In this document: positions 18,961 to 28,344 of the stretch, piece after piece
Layout: every line of letters begins with the position of its first letter
Position numbering within the stretch: position 1 is the first letter of the stretch
Assembly: GCA_965222605.1 (NCBI GenBank)
Contig: OZ244960.1
Coordinates: forward strand, 6,274,377-6,338,376
Length of the DNA stretch: 64,000 nt
Origin: Candidatus Latescibacterota bacterium
GTDB taxonomy: Bacteria > Latescibacterota > UBA2968
Reading direction: 5' to 3'
Translations under genes and position numbers: made by a program
Notes under the pieces: generated by a model
Database searches by the model: none
What the model was told of the DNA's origin: nothing
What the model saw: only the letters and a program-made list of their open reading frames with translations

Positions 18961-20193
18961 ATGGCGGAGAAGAATTACAAGGTTCGCGCAGCGCATTGCA
19001 ATTGGCGGGCATCGGAGGAAGAAATATACCGGACGTTGCGCCGAATTACAGACCCATTGCACCGGTCGTGGGAAAAGTTGGAGAAAGCCAATCGGATTGT
19101 GATCAAGTTCAATATGATGAAGCTACACAATCGCATTATTTACTACATGGGACGGCGGCGCGAGTTGGTCGATGACATGGTCGCCCGCGCTGTTTTGCGT
19201 TTGTTGCGAGAACGAACCCGTGCGGAAATTGTTGCGACGGATACCAATCCCTATACGCGCGAACATCTGATGGGTGAGGATTTTAATTACGCGCATATTT
19301 TGAAAGAATACGATGTGGGGTTTGTCGATTCAAACGCGCCGCCCTTCAAACAGTATGATGTGCCGGGGGGCGGATGTATGTTTGACCGCTATACACTCAG
19401 CGCGTGCTTTGAAGGAGCCGAGGTGGTTTCTGTGGCTAAGATGAAGAATCATCTGTTTATGGGTGTTACGCTATGTATGAAAAACCTGTTTGGTTTGCCT
19501 CCGATCACGCTGCCATACGGCCGCGTCCGATCCTATTATCACCACTTTATCCGCCTGTCTTATGTGTTGCCCGATTTGGGATTGATTACCCAACCCTGTT
19601 TGAATATCGTAGATGCACTAACCGGGCAATGGGGTAGAGAGTGGGGCGGACAGGGGCGTATCTGCAATGCGTTATTAGCGGGCGACCATGTAACCGCTAC
19701 CGATGCTTGTGGAACCTATTTGATGGGTCACGACCCCGCGTCTGATTGGCCTAACCCGCCGTTTCGACGCGACCGCAATCATTTGTTGATCGCGGCTAAG
19801 CGCGGTTTTGGTACGGTTGATTTGCGGGAGATCGATTTTGAAAGCGAGGTATCTGCCCCTTTGGCCGAGTTTGATTCGGAGCGCACAGATAGCGAGAAAA
19901 TAGTGGAAAGCTGGCGCCGCACCACCTGTGAGCAGGCTCTGATTTACCGAGACCGGCGGCGGGGTATCGTTGACCGATATCGGAATGAATTTATCTTTTT
20001 GCAAGATGGCGACGTGGTCTGGCACGGTGCGGACCCCGCCAATTTGGGCAGCCGCAGACAGTTGAGCGGACAGAAAAAGGACCAGGGGATGTGGCTTAAG
20101 TTAGTCGATCCCGAAGAAACCGAAGGCGAACGCTTTGAGACTTATGAGGCGTGTTTATCCGCAGATGGCGCAGAAAAAACGCGAATAGTTTGA
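18961..20193 (+). CDS. DUF362 domain-containing protein
   Basis: IVIKFN, VSVAKMKNH, GVTLCMKNLFG, LNIVDA, GDHVTATD. Confidence 0.8.
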   Translation: MAEKNYKVRAAHCNWRASEEEIYRTLRRITDPLHRSWEKLEKANRIVIKFNMMKLHNRIIYYMGRRRELVDDMVARAVLRLLRERTRAEIVATDTNPYTREHLMGEDFNYAHILKEYDVGFVDSNAPPFKQYDVPGGGCMFDRYTLSACFEGAEVVSVAKMKNHLFMGVTLCMKNLFGLPPITLPYGRVRSYYHHFIRLSYVLPDLGLITQPCLNIVDALTGQWGREWGGQGRICNALLAGDHVTATDACGTYLMGHDPASDWPNPPFRRDRNHLLIAAKRGFGTVDLREIDFESEVSAPLAEFDSERTDSEKIVESWRRTTCEQALIYRDRRRGIVDRYRNEFIFLQDGDVVWHGADPANLGSRRQLSGQKKDQGMWLKLVDPEETEGERFETYEACLSADGAEKTRIV

Positions 20194-20206
20194 GCGTTTT
20201 ACGCAG

Positions 20207-20962
20207 ATGAAAGGCGAAAAGGATAGGTTGCGAACTGAGTTACTCATGTTAGAAGGAAATACTGCCCATGTCTGGGCAGTGGATTTAGAGCGCGAGACAC
20301 ACCTGTTGGCCGAGGTGCTATCGGCAGATGAGTGGGCGCGTGCCGATAGGTTTCTCTTTGAAAAGCACCGAGCGCATTTTGTTGCTGCACGCGGATGTCT
20401 GCGTGCGATTCTCGCAAAATACATGGAGTGCAAGCCAGGTGAACTGGCTTTTTTTTATGGCGAACACGGCAAACCCGCTCTGGCATCTCCTTGGGATAAA
20501 TCCCAATTGCGATTCAATCTGAGCCATTCGGCAGGACTGGCCCTTATCGCGGTTTCTCGGTGCTGCGAGATTGGGGTTGATGTTGAGCATCTCAGTCGCA
20601 AGGTCAATCAGATGAAAAATATTGCGAGACGCTTTTTCGCGCCTGGCGAATACAAGCGGTTGTGTGCGTTGCCGCGAGAAGAACAGCGTCGGGCTTTTTT
20701 TAATTGCTGGACGCGCAAAGAGGCATATCTGAAAGCTGTGGGTACCGGTTTTGCTCAGTCATTAAAAAATTTTGAAGTCAGTTTGGGGCACAAGGCAAAA
20801 TTGTTGCAAATAAAAGAAGGCAATACAGAAAATTGGACGCTGCGGCACCTCGCCCCTGCGAAGGGTTATGTCGGCTCGGTCGCGATTGCGGGGAAAGATG
20901 TTGAGGTGAAGATGGTGAAACACTTGTCGCGTGATCTTTGTCTCAATAAGGGTGTGAATTAA
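20207..20962 (+). CDS. 4'-phosphopantetheinyl transferase (Sfp/HetI type)
   Basis: GEHGKP, FNLSHS, IGVDVE, WTRKEAYLKAVGTG. Start may lie slightly downstream. Confidence 0.92.
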   Translation: MKGEKDRLRTELLMLEGNTAHVWAVDLERETHLLAEVLSADEWARADRFLFEKHRAHFVAARGCLRAILAKYMECKPGELAFFYGEHGKPALASPWDKSQLRFNLSHSAGLALIAVSRCCEIGVDVEHLSRKVNQMKNIARRFFAPGEYKRLCALPREEQRRAFFNCWTRKEAYLKAVGTGFAQSLKNFEVSLGHKAKLLQIKEGNTENWTLRHLAPAKGYVGSVAIAGKDVEVKMVKHLSRDLCLNKGVN

Positions 20963-20979
20963 AACGCAAGGGTGACTTG

Positions 20980-23199
20980 ATGGATCGTTTACTGGATAAT
21001 GGACATAGTTTGAATTGGTTGAGACACGCCTTGCCCGATGGGGAAGACGAACTTATCCGGGTGCAGACAGATCTGGATGAAAAAGGCGACTTCGGAAACC
21101 AGTGGGTGGTTGTGACGCGCAAGCGCGTGCTGGTGCGGCAAAATGGTGCTATTGCAGATATTCCTATTTCCGAAATTGAACTGGCGCGAACTGAGGCTTT
21201 GGTGGGCGGTGCGCGTCTGGAAATTCATCGAAAAGATAAGCCGACCGTTCACGTTCCGTATTCCCTGACGCAGGCACAAAAATTTTCGGAGACCACGCGA
21301 GGAATTGAGCAACTGCGCAAGGAGCAGGAATTTTTTATTAATGCGAACCTCGATCGCACAATCTGCGAATCGTGTGGCCGACTGTTGCCCGAAAAAAATG
21401 GAATATGTCCAGCGTGTTTGAACAAATTTGCAACGCTGGGGCGCCTTGCATCGTATTTGAAGCCCTACAAAAAACGTGCGATTGTGCTGGCTCTGGCGTC
21501 TATTGTGACGACGGTTGCCGAGTTGATTCCGCCTTATGTAACCAAGCTCATTGTCGATGACGTGTTGGTGCTGCCCGAGGGCGCAGAGGCACTGTACGAC
21601 GAACGGCTCAGTTTGCTCGGCTGGCTCGTGATGGTTCTGGTGGGGATCCGGCTGCTAACCTGGGGGGCAGAATGGGCGCACGGCTGGACAGTTACATGGC
21701 TTTCCGCGCGGGTGACGGCGGATATCCGCAGCCAGCTTTACAGGCGTTTGGAGTTGCTCTCCCTGCAATTTTACGACAAACGACAAGTTGGCGCAGTGAT
21801 GTCTCGCGTGACGACAGATAGTAGCCGCTTACAGCTTTTTTTGGTCGATGGATTGCCCTATCTGGTAATCGAGGCAATGATGTTGCTGGGGATTCTCGCT
21901 GCGTTGTTTATGATGAGTTGGTCACTGGCTATTCTGGTGCTGATTCCCGTTCCGTTAATCATGATCTGGGGATATGCGTTTTATCGGCGGATGCGGAAAC
22001 TTTTTACCCGCTGGATGCAGTCGTGGTCTGAAACCATGGCGCGAGTCAATGAAGCGCTCACGGGTATTCGCGTGGTAAAGGCGTTTGCACAGGAAAAGCA
22101 GGAAATCCGGGTATTCAAAAGGCGCAATGACAAATTGACGCGCATCGGCATTACCACAGAGGTCAACCGGGGCATTTTTTACAAAACGATGACCTTATTG
22201 ACGGCGGCTGGCGTGATTATTGTGTGGTATTACGGGGGGCTGGAGGTGATCGATGGGGAGTTGACGCTCGGCACTTTGATGGCTTTTTACAGTTATATGA
22301 TGTTGCTCTACGGGCCGCTGGAATGGTTTGGGATGGTCAATTCGTGGATGACGCGCGCCATGGCCGGAGCAGAGCGCATTTTTGAAATTATCGACACGCC
22401 ATCCGAAGCGTATCAGGACCCCAATGCCGTGCCGATGCCCCATATTGAAGGGCGCGTGAAGTTCAATGACGTCACATTTGGATACGACAAGAGCAAGCCC
22501 GTGCTTCACGAGATCAACCTCGATGTCAAACCGGGGGAGATGATCGGGTTGGTGGGAAAGTCCGGCGTGGGCAAGACGACAACGGCAAATCTGATTTGTC
22601 GGTTCTACGATGTTGACCGCGGAAGCATTGAGGTGGATGGGGTGGATTTGCGCGATATACGGCTGGAGGATTTGCGGTCTCAAATTGGCATTGTGTTGCA
22701 AGAGCCATTCCTGTTTTCGGGCAGCATTGCAGAAAATATCGGCTATGGCAAGCCGGGCGCAACATTCGATGAGATTGTGGCAGCGGCCAGGGCTGCCCAT
22801 GCACACGACTTTATTGTGACGAAGTCCGATGGCTATGATACGCTTATCGGCGAGCGTGGAGAATCGCTTTCGGGGGGTGAACGGCAACGCGTGTCCATTG
22901 CACGGGCTATTTTACACGATCCCAAAATTTTGATCTTAGACGAGGCCACATCGTCTGTTGATGTGCAAACGGAAAAACGCATTCAAGATGCGGTTGTGCG
23001 ATTGGTCAAAGGACGAACGACTTTTGCAATAGCCCACCGTTTATCTACCCTTCGCAATGCCGATCGGTTGCTGGTGATGGATGCCGGACGCATTGTGGAA
23101 ATGGGAACTCACCGCGAATTGCTGAAAAGAAAAGGTGCGTTTTACAAATTGGTGCAGATGCAAGAAGAGATTTCACAAATTATAGCGATTAAGGAATAG
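20980..23199 (+). CDS. ABC exporter (TMD+NBD) with N-terminal extension and CxxC-x10-CxxC Zn ribbon
   Basis: CESCGRLLPEKNGICPAC, transmembrane region, GKSGVGKT, LSGGERQR, ILILDEATS, AHRLST. Confidence 0.92.
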   Translation: MDRLLDNGHSLNWLRHALPDGEDELIRVQTDLDEKGDFGNQWVVVTRKRVLVRQNGAIADIPISEIELARTEALVGGARLEIHRKDKPTVHVPYSLTQAQKFSETTRGIEQLRKEQEFFINANLDRTICESCGRLLPEKNGICPACLNKFATLGRLASYLKPYKKRAIVLALASIVTTVAELIPPYVTKLIVDDVLVLPEGAEALYDERLSLLGWLVMVLVGIRLLTWGAEWAHGWTVTWLSARVTADIRSQLYRRLELLSLQFYDKRQVGAVMSRVTTDSSRLQLFLVDGLPYLVIEAMMLLGILAALFMMSWSLAILVLIPVPLIMIWGYAFYRRMRKLFTRWMQSWSETMARVNEALTGIRVVKAFAQEKQEIRVFKRRNDKLTRIGITTEVNRGIFYKTMTLLTAAGVIIVWYYGGLEVIDGELTLGTLMAFYSYMMLLYGPLEWFGMVNSWMTRAMAGAERIFEIIDTPSEAYQDPNAVPMPHIEGRVKFNDVTFGYDKSKPVLHEINLDVKPGEMIGLVGKSGVGKTTTANLICRFYDVDRGSIEVDGVDLRDIRLEDLRSQIGIVLQEPFLFSGSIAENIGYGKPGATFDEIVAAARAAHAHDFIVTKSDGYDTLIGERGESLSGGERQRVSIARAILHDPKILILDEATSSVDVQTEKRIQDAVVRLVKGRTTFAIAHRLSTLRNADRLLVMDAGRIVEMGTHRELLKRKGAFYKLVQMQEEISQIIAIKE

Positions 23200-23215
23200 T
23201 TTGTCAGAGGTTTAC

Positions 23216-25495
23216 ATGAATCACTTATCAGGAAAACCATTGATCGAAAAACTCCCGTCATCCGTGGCAAAAAAGCTGCGTGCGGCGAAGCCCAATGGCG
23301 AGACCGTGCTGATGCAGGTAGCGACGGATCTGGACGAGTCCCTGAATTATAACCCGCAGTGGGTGGTGGTGACCGATCAACAGGTGCTGGTAATTCCCGA
23401 ATCGGGTGTGGATGGCACGCAGTCGATGGCGATTGGCGATGTGGAAGACGTGAAAGTGGAGGAGCGCGTTGGGTTGGGTGCCCTGGCGTTGACGCACAAA
23501 GCAGGACCAGAAATACAGGTACCGTATTCGCCATCTCTTACTGCCGTGTTTGCCGAAGTAGCCGATGGGATTCGGCAGTTGACGGATAATGAGCCGCTAA
23601 CATTGCCCACAGAATTGGAGCAGACGCACTGCGAGCATTGTGGTCATCGGTTGCCCGAAAAAAATGGGGTGTGTGCTGCGTGTTTGAAAAAGTGGCAGAC
23701 ATTTCGGCGCATTGTGGGTTATATGGTCGCTTATCCCGCGCGCCTGGTTACAACCATAGTGCTGACGTTTGTCAGTGCTTTATTGACGCTGTTGCCGCCC
23801 AAAATTACAGAGTACGTGATTGACGGTGTTTTGATAGCGGGCTGGGACGCGGTTGCGATTCCGTTTATTGCATCAACGGATCGCCTGAATCGATTGGGGC
23901 TGTTGATTTTAGGGCTTATTATTATACGGCTTTTAATCTGGGTCGCCGATGTGGTTATGGCGGCTCTGAGTCGGTCATTGGGGTTGCGAGCTATCGGCGA
24001 TTTGCGGGAAGATCTCTACCGCGCGTTTCAGATGGTACCCATTCGTTTTTACGATCGGCGAAAAGTCGGTGCGCTGACATCCCGTATGAATAATGATACA
24101 GACCGCCTGGAAGGAATCATGACGTATGAGTTTTATTATGTGTTTTCCAACAGTTTGTTATTTGTCGGTATTCTGGGATTTCTGGCGTGGATGAACTGGC
24201 AACTCACACTATTTGTGGTAGCACCTATTCCGTTGATTGTGTTCGCCGGCACGAGGATCTGGTACCGCATTATGACATTCTGGACGCAGTGGTCGGGAAA
24301 GTGGGGCAGGCTATCGGCGCAGTTGAATGAGTCCATTCACGGTATTCGCGTGGTGAAAGCATTTGCACAGGAAGCAAAAGAGAGCGAGCGTTTTGACCAA
24401 TACAACGAAGATCTGCGCGATGTGGACACCCGGGGCGAACGAGCCTGGTTTGTGTTTTTTACGGTGACAAATCTGTTGATGAACACTGGCGTGTTTTTTG
24501 TATGGTATTTTGGCGGAAGACAGATTCTGGATGGTGAATTGACGCTGGGTGGGTTGATCGCATTTATGAGTTATCTCTGGATGTTGTACCAACCGCTGCG
24601 CTGGTTTGGCGATTTTTACAGTTATATTTTGCGGGCATTTGCCGGCGCACAGCGCGTGTTCGAGGTGATCGATTTTGAACCCGAACCATACCAAAAACCC
24701 GATGCCGTGCGGCTGCCCAAAATTGGGGGTGGTTTGAAGTTCGAGTCCGTGTTCTTTGGTTATGATCCCGGCAAACCCGTGCTCAAGGGAGTTGATCTGG
24801 AAGTGAAGGCGGGCGAAATGATTGGGCTTGTGGGCAAGTCCGGTGCTGGCAAGTCAACGCTGATCAATCTGGTGTGTCGGTTCTACGACCCCGATCGCGG
24901 GCGCTTGCTGGTGGATGGCGTGCCGATGACCGATGTGAATTTGCGCGATTTGCGATCCCAAATCGGCATGGTGCATCAGCAGCCCTTTTTATTTGATGGC
25001 ACGATTGCCGAAAATATCGCCTATGGCAAACCCGACGCGACCTTTGACGAGGTGATGCGCGCCGCAATCGCAGCCGAAGCACACGAGTTCATCGTCAAAA
25101 AATCCGATGGTTATGACATGCGGGTGGGGGAAGGCGGCGGGCGTCTGTCGGGCGGGGAAAAACAGCGGGTGTCTATCGCGCGAGCGATTTTGCACAATCC
25201 GCGGATTCTCATTCTCGATGAAGCCACGTCTTCGCTGGATACGCCAACCGAGAAGAAGATTCAAACGGCGATTGCGCGTCTGGTAGAAGGGCGCACGACA
25301 TTTGCCATTGCACACCGTTTGTCAACCCTTCGCAGCGCGGATCGGCTCGTGGTTATGGATGAAGGCAATATCGCCGAAGTCGGTACACATCAAGAGTTGA
25401 TGGACCGGGAGGGCATTTTTTACCGTCTGGTCAAGACACAGCAAGAGACGACGTTGGATATGTTTATGACTGCGGTGGGGATAGAGTTGGAGTAA
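23216..25495 (+). CDS. Second ABC exporter paralog with the same extension and Zn ribbon
   Basis: CEHCGHRLPEKNGVCAAC, GKSGAGKS, LSGGEKQR, LDEATS. Confidence 0.92.
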   Translation: MNHLSGKPLIEKLPSSVAKKLRAAKPNGETVLMQVATDLDESLNYNPQWVVVTDQQVLVIPESGVDGTQSMAIGDVEDVKVEERVGLGALALTHKAGPEIQVPYSPSLTAVFAEVADGIRQLTDNEPLTLPTELEQTHCEHCGHRLPEKNGVCAACLKKWQTFRRIVGYMVAYPARLVTTIVLTFVSALLTLLPPKITEYVIDGVLIAGWDAVAIPFIASTDRLNRLGLLILGLIIIRLLIWVADVVMAALSRSLGLRAIGDLREDLYRAFQMVPIRFYDRRKVGALTSRMNNDTDRLEGIMTYEFYYVFSNSLLFVGILGFLAWMNWQLTLFVVAPIPLIVFAGTRIWYRIMTFWTQWSGKWGRLSAQLNESIHGIRVVKAFAQEAKESERFDQYNEDLRDVDTRGERAWFVFFTVTNLLMNTGVFFVWYFGGRQILDGELTLGGLIAFMSYLWMLYQPLRWFGDFYSYILRAFAGAQRVFEVIDFEPEPYQKPDAVRLPKIGGGLKFESVFFGYDPGKPVLKGVDLEVKAGEMIGLVGKSGAGKSTLINLVCRFYDPDRGRLLVDGVPMTDVNLRDLRSQIGMVHQQPFLFDGTIAENIAYGKPDATFDEVMRAAIAAEAHEFIVKKSDGYDMRVGEGGGRLSGGEKQRVSIARAILHNPRILILDEATSSLDTPTEKKIQTAIARLVEGRTTFAIAHRLSTLRSADRLVVMDEGNIAEVGTHQELMDREGIFYRLVKTQQETTLDMFMTAVGIELE

Positions 25496-25510
25496 ATGGC
25501 AAAAGCAACT

Positions 25511-25576
25511 ACAGATGAACACGGATGAACACAGATGAAAGGCGTGTGCGTAGGGGCAGTGCCCCTGTGCCTGCCC
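25511..25576 (+). repeat. Composite (ACAGATGAAC)x3 + GTAG-type REP element
   Basis: ACAGATGAAC ACGGATGAAC ACAGATGAAA GGCG..GTAGGGGCAGTGCCCCTGTGCCTGCCC. Confidence 0.75.
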
Positions 25577-25606
25577 GTTTAAGAGTAATTCTGATTGGAG
25601 ATTTTG

Positions 25607-26176
25607 ATGGCTACGGATATGCTGGAGATGGAAGTGGAAGAGATTGAAGAAAATACAGAGGAATGGAAGCCGATACCAATTGAGATGGTGCATCCCGAAT
25701 CGGTCGATCCGGGTAAGATCCGCTTGTTTAAGGAGCCGCAGTGGATTTTGCGGATGACGATTGAAGGGGATAGGTCCTATACTCGCGTGAAAGTAGTGCG
25801 GGCCGCGCCTTTGACAGAGCCAGATCGCTATTTTTGTATTCTGGATATAAAGGATGAAGCGATCTGTATGATCAAAAATCTTTCTGATTTGCCACAAGAG
25901 AGCCAGGCTCTGGTGTATGAGGAACTGGACAATCGATATTTGACGGCGGAGATCCAGAAGATCGTGGCGTTGCAAAATGAATATGGCGTGACGTACTGGA
26001 CTGTCGATACCGACCGGGGCAGACGCGATTTTGTAGCCAAGTCCGTGGCTGAAAACGCACAGTGGTTGGGAGACACGCGGTTGATGATTTTTGATGTGGA
26101 TAACAATCGCTTTGAGGTACCCGATATACGGGCGCTGGACCGCCGCAGCCAGGGGCTGTTGGAATCGGTTGTGTAA
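25607..26176 (+). CDS. DUF1854 domain-containing protein
   Basis: VRAAPLTEPDRY...EELDNRY...YWTVDTDRG...DVDNNRFEVPDIRALDRRS; follows the ABC pair. Confidence 0.8.
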   Translation: MATDMLEMEVEEIEENTEEWKPIPIEMVHPESVDPGKIRLFKEPQWILRMTIEGDRSYTRVKVVRAAPLTEPDRYFCILDIKDEAICMIKNLSDLPQESQALVYEELDNRYLTAEIQKIVALQNEYGVTYWTVDTDRGRRDFVAKSVAENAQWLGDTRLMIFDVDNNRFEVPDIRALDRRSQGLLESVV

Positions 26177-26202
26177 AAAAGATTTTAAGGGCAGTTTTTG
26201 TG

Positions 26203-26230
26203 TTGACAATGCGTGTTAATGTAATATTCT
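26203..26230 (+). promoter_or_regulatory. Sigma70-like promoter
   Basis: TTGACA-N16-TATTCT. Confidence 0.55.
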
Positions 26231-26391
26231 ATTAGGGTACTCTAAGACCCAATTAAGGCAGGAAGAAGCTGGAATTATTATTCTGTGCAACTTCCCGTTG
26301 GATCTCAAGTGTGCAACCTGTGGCATTTGACTGGCATATTATGTGAAACAACCGAGTGCCATAGGTATTCTGGCACTCGGTTGTTTTTTTT
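26231..26391 (+). ncRNA. Candidate small RNA or attenuator leader
   Basis: Lies between a promoter and a strong terminator, has several hairpins and no convincing ORF. No family recognised. Confidence 0.35.
26346..26391 (+). terminator. Intrinsic terminator
   Basis: Perfect 16-bp stem AAACAACCGAGTGCCA / TGGCACTCGGTTGTTT followed by a T-run. Confidence 0.85.
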
Positions 26392-26538
26392 GCGAAATGA
26401 GACAAACGTTTGTGTCACCTAAAGAAAAAAAGGAAAAAATACCCACAGGCATATGTTATGCCTGCAGGAACGGCGGAGGGCCTATATTGGGTTGGCAGAC
26501 CTGTGGCGATCAGAACACAGATCGGGGAGGGAGATTGA

Positions 26539-28122
26539 ATGGCAAAACGCACAGAATCACCCACCCGTTTATGCCTTATACTCATTATCGCCAGTCTGCT
26601 GAGCCTACTGTTCTTGCTTTCCCCGTTTTCTCTTTCCTCACAAATGAGTAGCTTTTCCCTTTCTCTGGACCTGAATGGTTCTGAAGGCGATCAGGCTGTC
26701 CAGTCTCTTGATGTATTTCCCAATCAAGTTATTTTCATTCAGATCTTTGGTAAAGATATTCAGAATGCGAACAGTTTTTCTCTTCGCTTTGAATACCATG
26801 CAATCCAGGTTGTTTACGAGGGGTTTGATACGGGCGATGTATGGCCCAATACCTCAGCACTCTTAGAGCAAGATTCGGGTTCTGTCGAGATCAATATTGC
26901 GTCTTCTGATGGATCTGCAATGGTCAACAGCGGTCTGATCGGCACACTGCGTTTTCGCACCACAGATGCGTTTTCGGGCACACAGATACGGTTGGTACGT
27001 GCCGTGCTTGGTCGGGGGGAACAACCCGAGGCCGTAACCTTATCCGTCAGCGTTGCCCTACAGGTGGCTGCTCCCTCTTCCCTGGACATTGACGGGAATG
27101 GGTTTGTGGATTTTTCCGACTTTTTGGCGTTGGCGGGCACCTTTGGGTCAAATCGAGGCGATGCACGGTATGAAGGTCGGCTGGATCTGGATAGCAACGG
27201 ATCTATTGAATTTTCAGATTTTCTCGAATTTGTTGGCGTATTCGGCAAAAAAGTATCACGTCCATTCTTGCCGGTCTGCGACCGCACCGCGCAAGTGCGC
27301 GACGCGATTGTGGCGGCAGTATCTGTAAGCACCTGTGGCGATGTGACAGAGGTGCATCTCGCTGCGATAGATTCTCTCCGTGTGGTTGGAACAAGCCTCT
27401 CAGAACTGCAAGCCGACGATTTTTCTGGTCTAACCGCTCTGACATGGCTCAACCTGAGGGGCAACCAACTGACCAGCCTGCCGGATCGCATCTTTGACAG
27501 CCTGACCGCCCTGACATGGCTCAACCTGGGTAACAACCACCTCAGCACAATCCCACCCGAATTGGGCAACCTGTCCAATCTCACTTACCTGCATCTCGGC
27601 CGCAATCAATTGAGTGGTGAAATTCCTGTGACATTGGGCAACCTGAACAGTCTCACGTACCTGTCTCTTGGCGGTAATCAATTGCTTGGGGAGATTCCCG
27701 CGGCATTAGGTGGCCTGAACAGTCTCACGTACCTGTCTCTTAGTGATAATGAGTTAAGTGGAGAGATTCCATCCGAATTGGGCAATTTGTCCAGGATCAC
27801 GAGTCTGTATCTTAGTGGCAATCAGTTGCGTGGGGAGATTCCCGCGGCATTGGGCAACCTGTCCAATCTTGAGCGGCTAGGTCTTAACAACAATCAGTTG
27901 CGTGGAGAGATTCCATCCGAATTGAGCAGGCTGACCAATCTCACTGGCCTGTGGCTTAGCGACAATCCGTTGCGTGGTGCCCTTCCTCAGAGCTTGACAG
28001 AGCTGACAAAACTAAAGGAACTTCACTTTGGGGGCGGGGGGCTATGTGCGCCGCTTGATGCTGCCTTTCAAGCATGGCTTCAGGGCATTGCAAATACCAA
28101 TGGCTCGAATTGCTCTGGATAG
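26539..28122 (+). CDS. Secreted cohesin-like + paired EF-hand (dockerin-like) + leucine-rich repeat protein
   Basis: Signal peptide, beta-sandwich region, DIDGNGFVDFSDF / DLDSNGSIEFSDF, VCDRTAQVRDAIV cap, 24-aa LxLxxNxLxGEIPxxLGNL repeats. Confidence 0.88.
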   Translation: MAKRTESPTRLCLILIIASLLSLLFLLSPFSLSSQMSSFSLSLDLNGSEGDQAVQSLDVFPNQVIFIQIFGKDIQNANSFSLRFEYHAIQVVYEGFDTGDVWPNTSALLEQDSGSVEINIASSDGSAMVNSGLIGTLRFRTTDAFSGTQIRLVRAVLGRGEQPEAVTLSVSVALQVAAPSSLDIDGNGFVDFSDFLALAGTFGSNRGDARYEGRLDLDSNGSIEFSDFLEFVGVFGKKVSRPFLPVCDRTAQVRDAIVAAVSVSTCGDVTEVHLAAIDSLRVVGTSLSELQADDFSGLTALTWLNLRGNQLTSLPDRIFDSLTALTWLNLGNNHLSTIPPELGNLSNLTYLHLGRNQLSGEIPVTLGNLNSLTYLSLGGNQLLGEIPAALGGLNSLTYLSLSDNELSGEIPSELGNLSRITSLYLSGNQLRGEIPAALGNLSNLERLGLNNNQLRGEIPSELSRLTNLTGLWLSDNPLRGALPQSLTELTKLKELHFGGGGLCAPLDAAFQAWLQGIANTNGSNCSG

Positions 28123-28128
28123 GCGTCA

Positions 28129-28216
28129 CTCGGGCGGATAAGGCGGATGTGTTGGTGGCATAGTGGGTCTCCTTTCTAACTGCTGATAAGGTACCCACCG
28201 AAACGGGTCAAGTCCA
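28129..28216 (-). mobile_element. IS3-family left-end remnant
   Basis: TGGACTTGACCCGTTTCGGTGGGTACC terminal-IR-like end, AAAGGAG RBS and MPPTHPPYPPE (IS3 OrfA-like start), truncated after 11 codons. Confidence 0.65.
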
Positions 28217-28248
28217 CGAATTAAACCATTAGTTTTTCATATCATTTG

Positions 28249-28294
28249 AAAAAGCCCGACTTGAACAGAAAAGCCGGGCTTTTTCTTTTTTTTT
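28249..28294. terminator. Intrinsic terminator
   Basis: AAAAAGCCCG...CGGGCTTTTT followed by a T-rich tail. Confidence 0.7.
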
Positions 28295-28344
28295 ATGCTA
28301 TTTAATTTGAGAAATAGCTGTTTTCCTCTTGTTGGGCAATCGCG

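Noticed and set aside
25511-25540. Three 10-bp tandem units as a possible CRISPR array
   Set aside because: The units are too short, have no spacers, and there are no cas genes in the window.
25322-26209. 295-aa antisense ORF (likewise 49199-50011, 26814-27584, 17819-18514)
   Set aside because: Shadow ORFs opposite well-supported genes, with no recognisable motifs.
26346-26391. Hairpin resembling a tracrRNA 3' end (GGCAC/CGAGT)
   Set aside because: No Cas9, repeats or anti-repeat; it is explained as an intrinsic terminator.
27430-27980. 72-bp periodic DNA repeats
   Set aside because: Fully explained by 24-aa LRR coding units.
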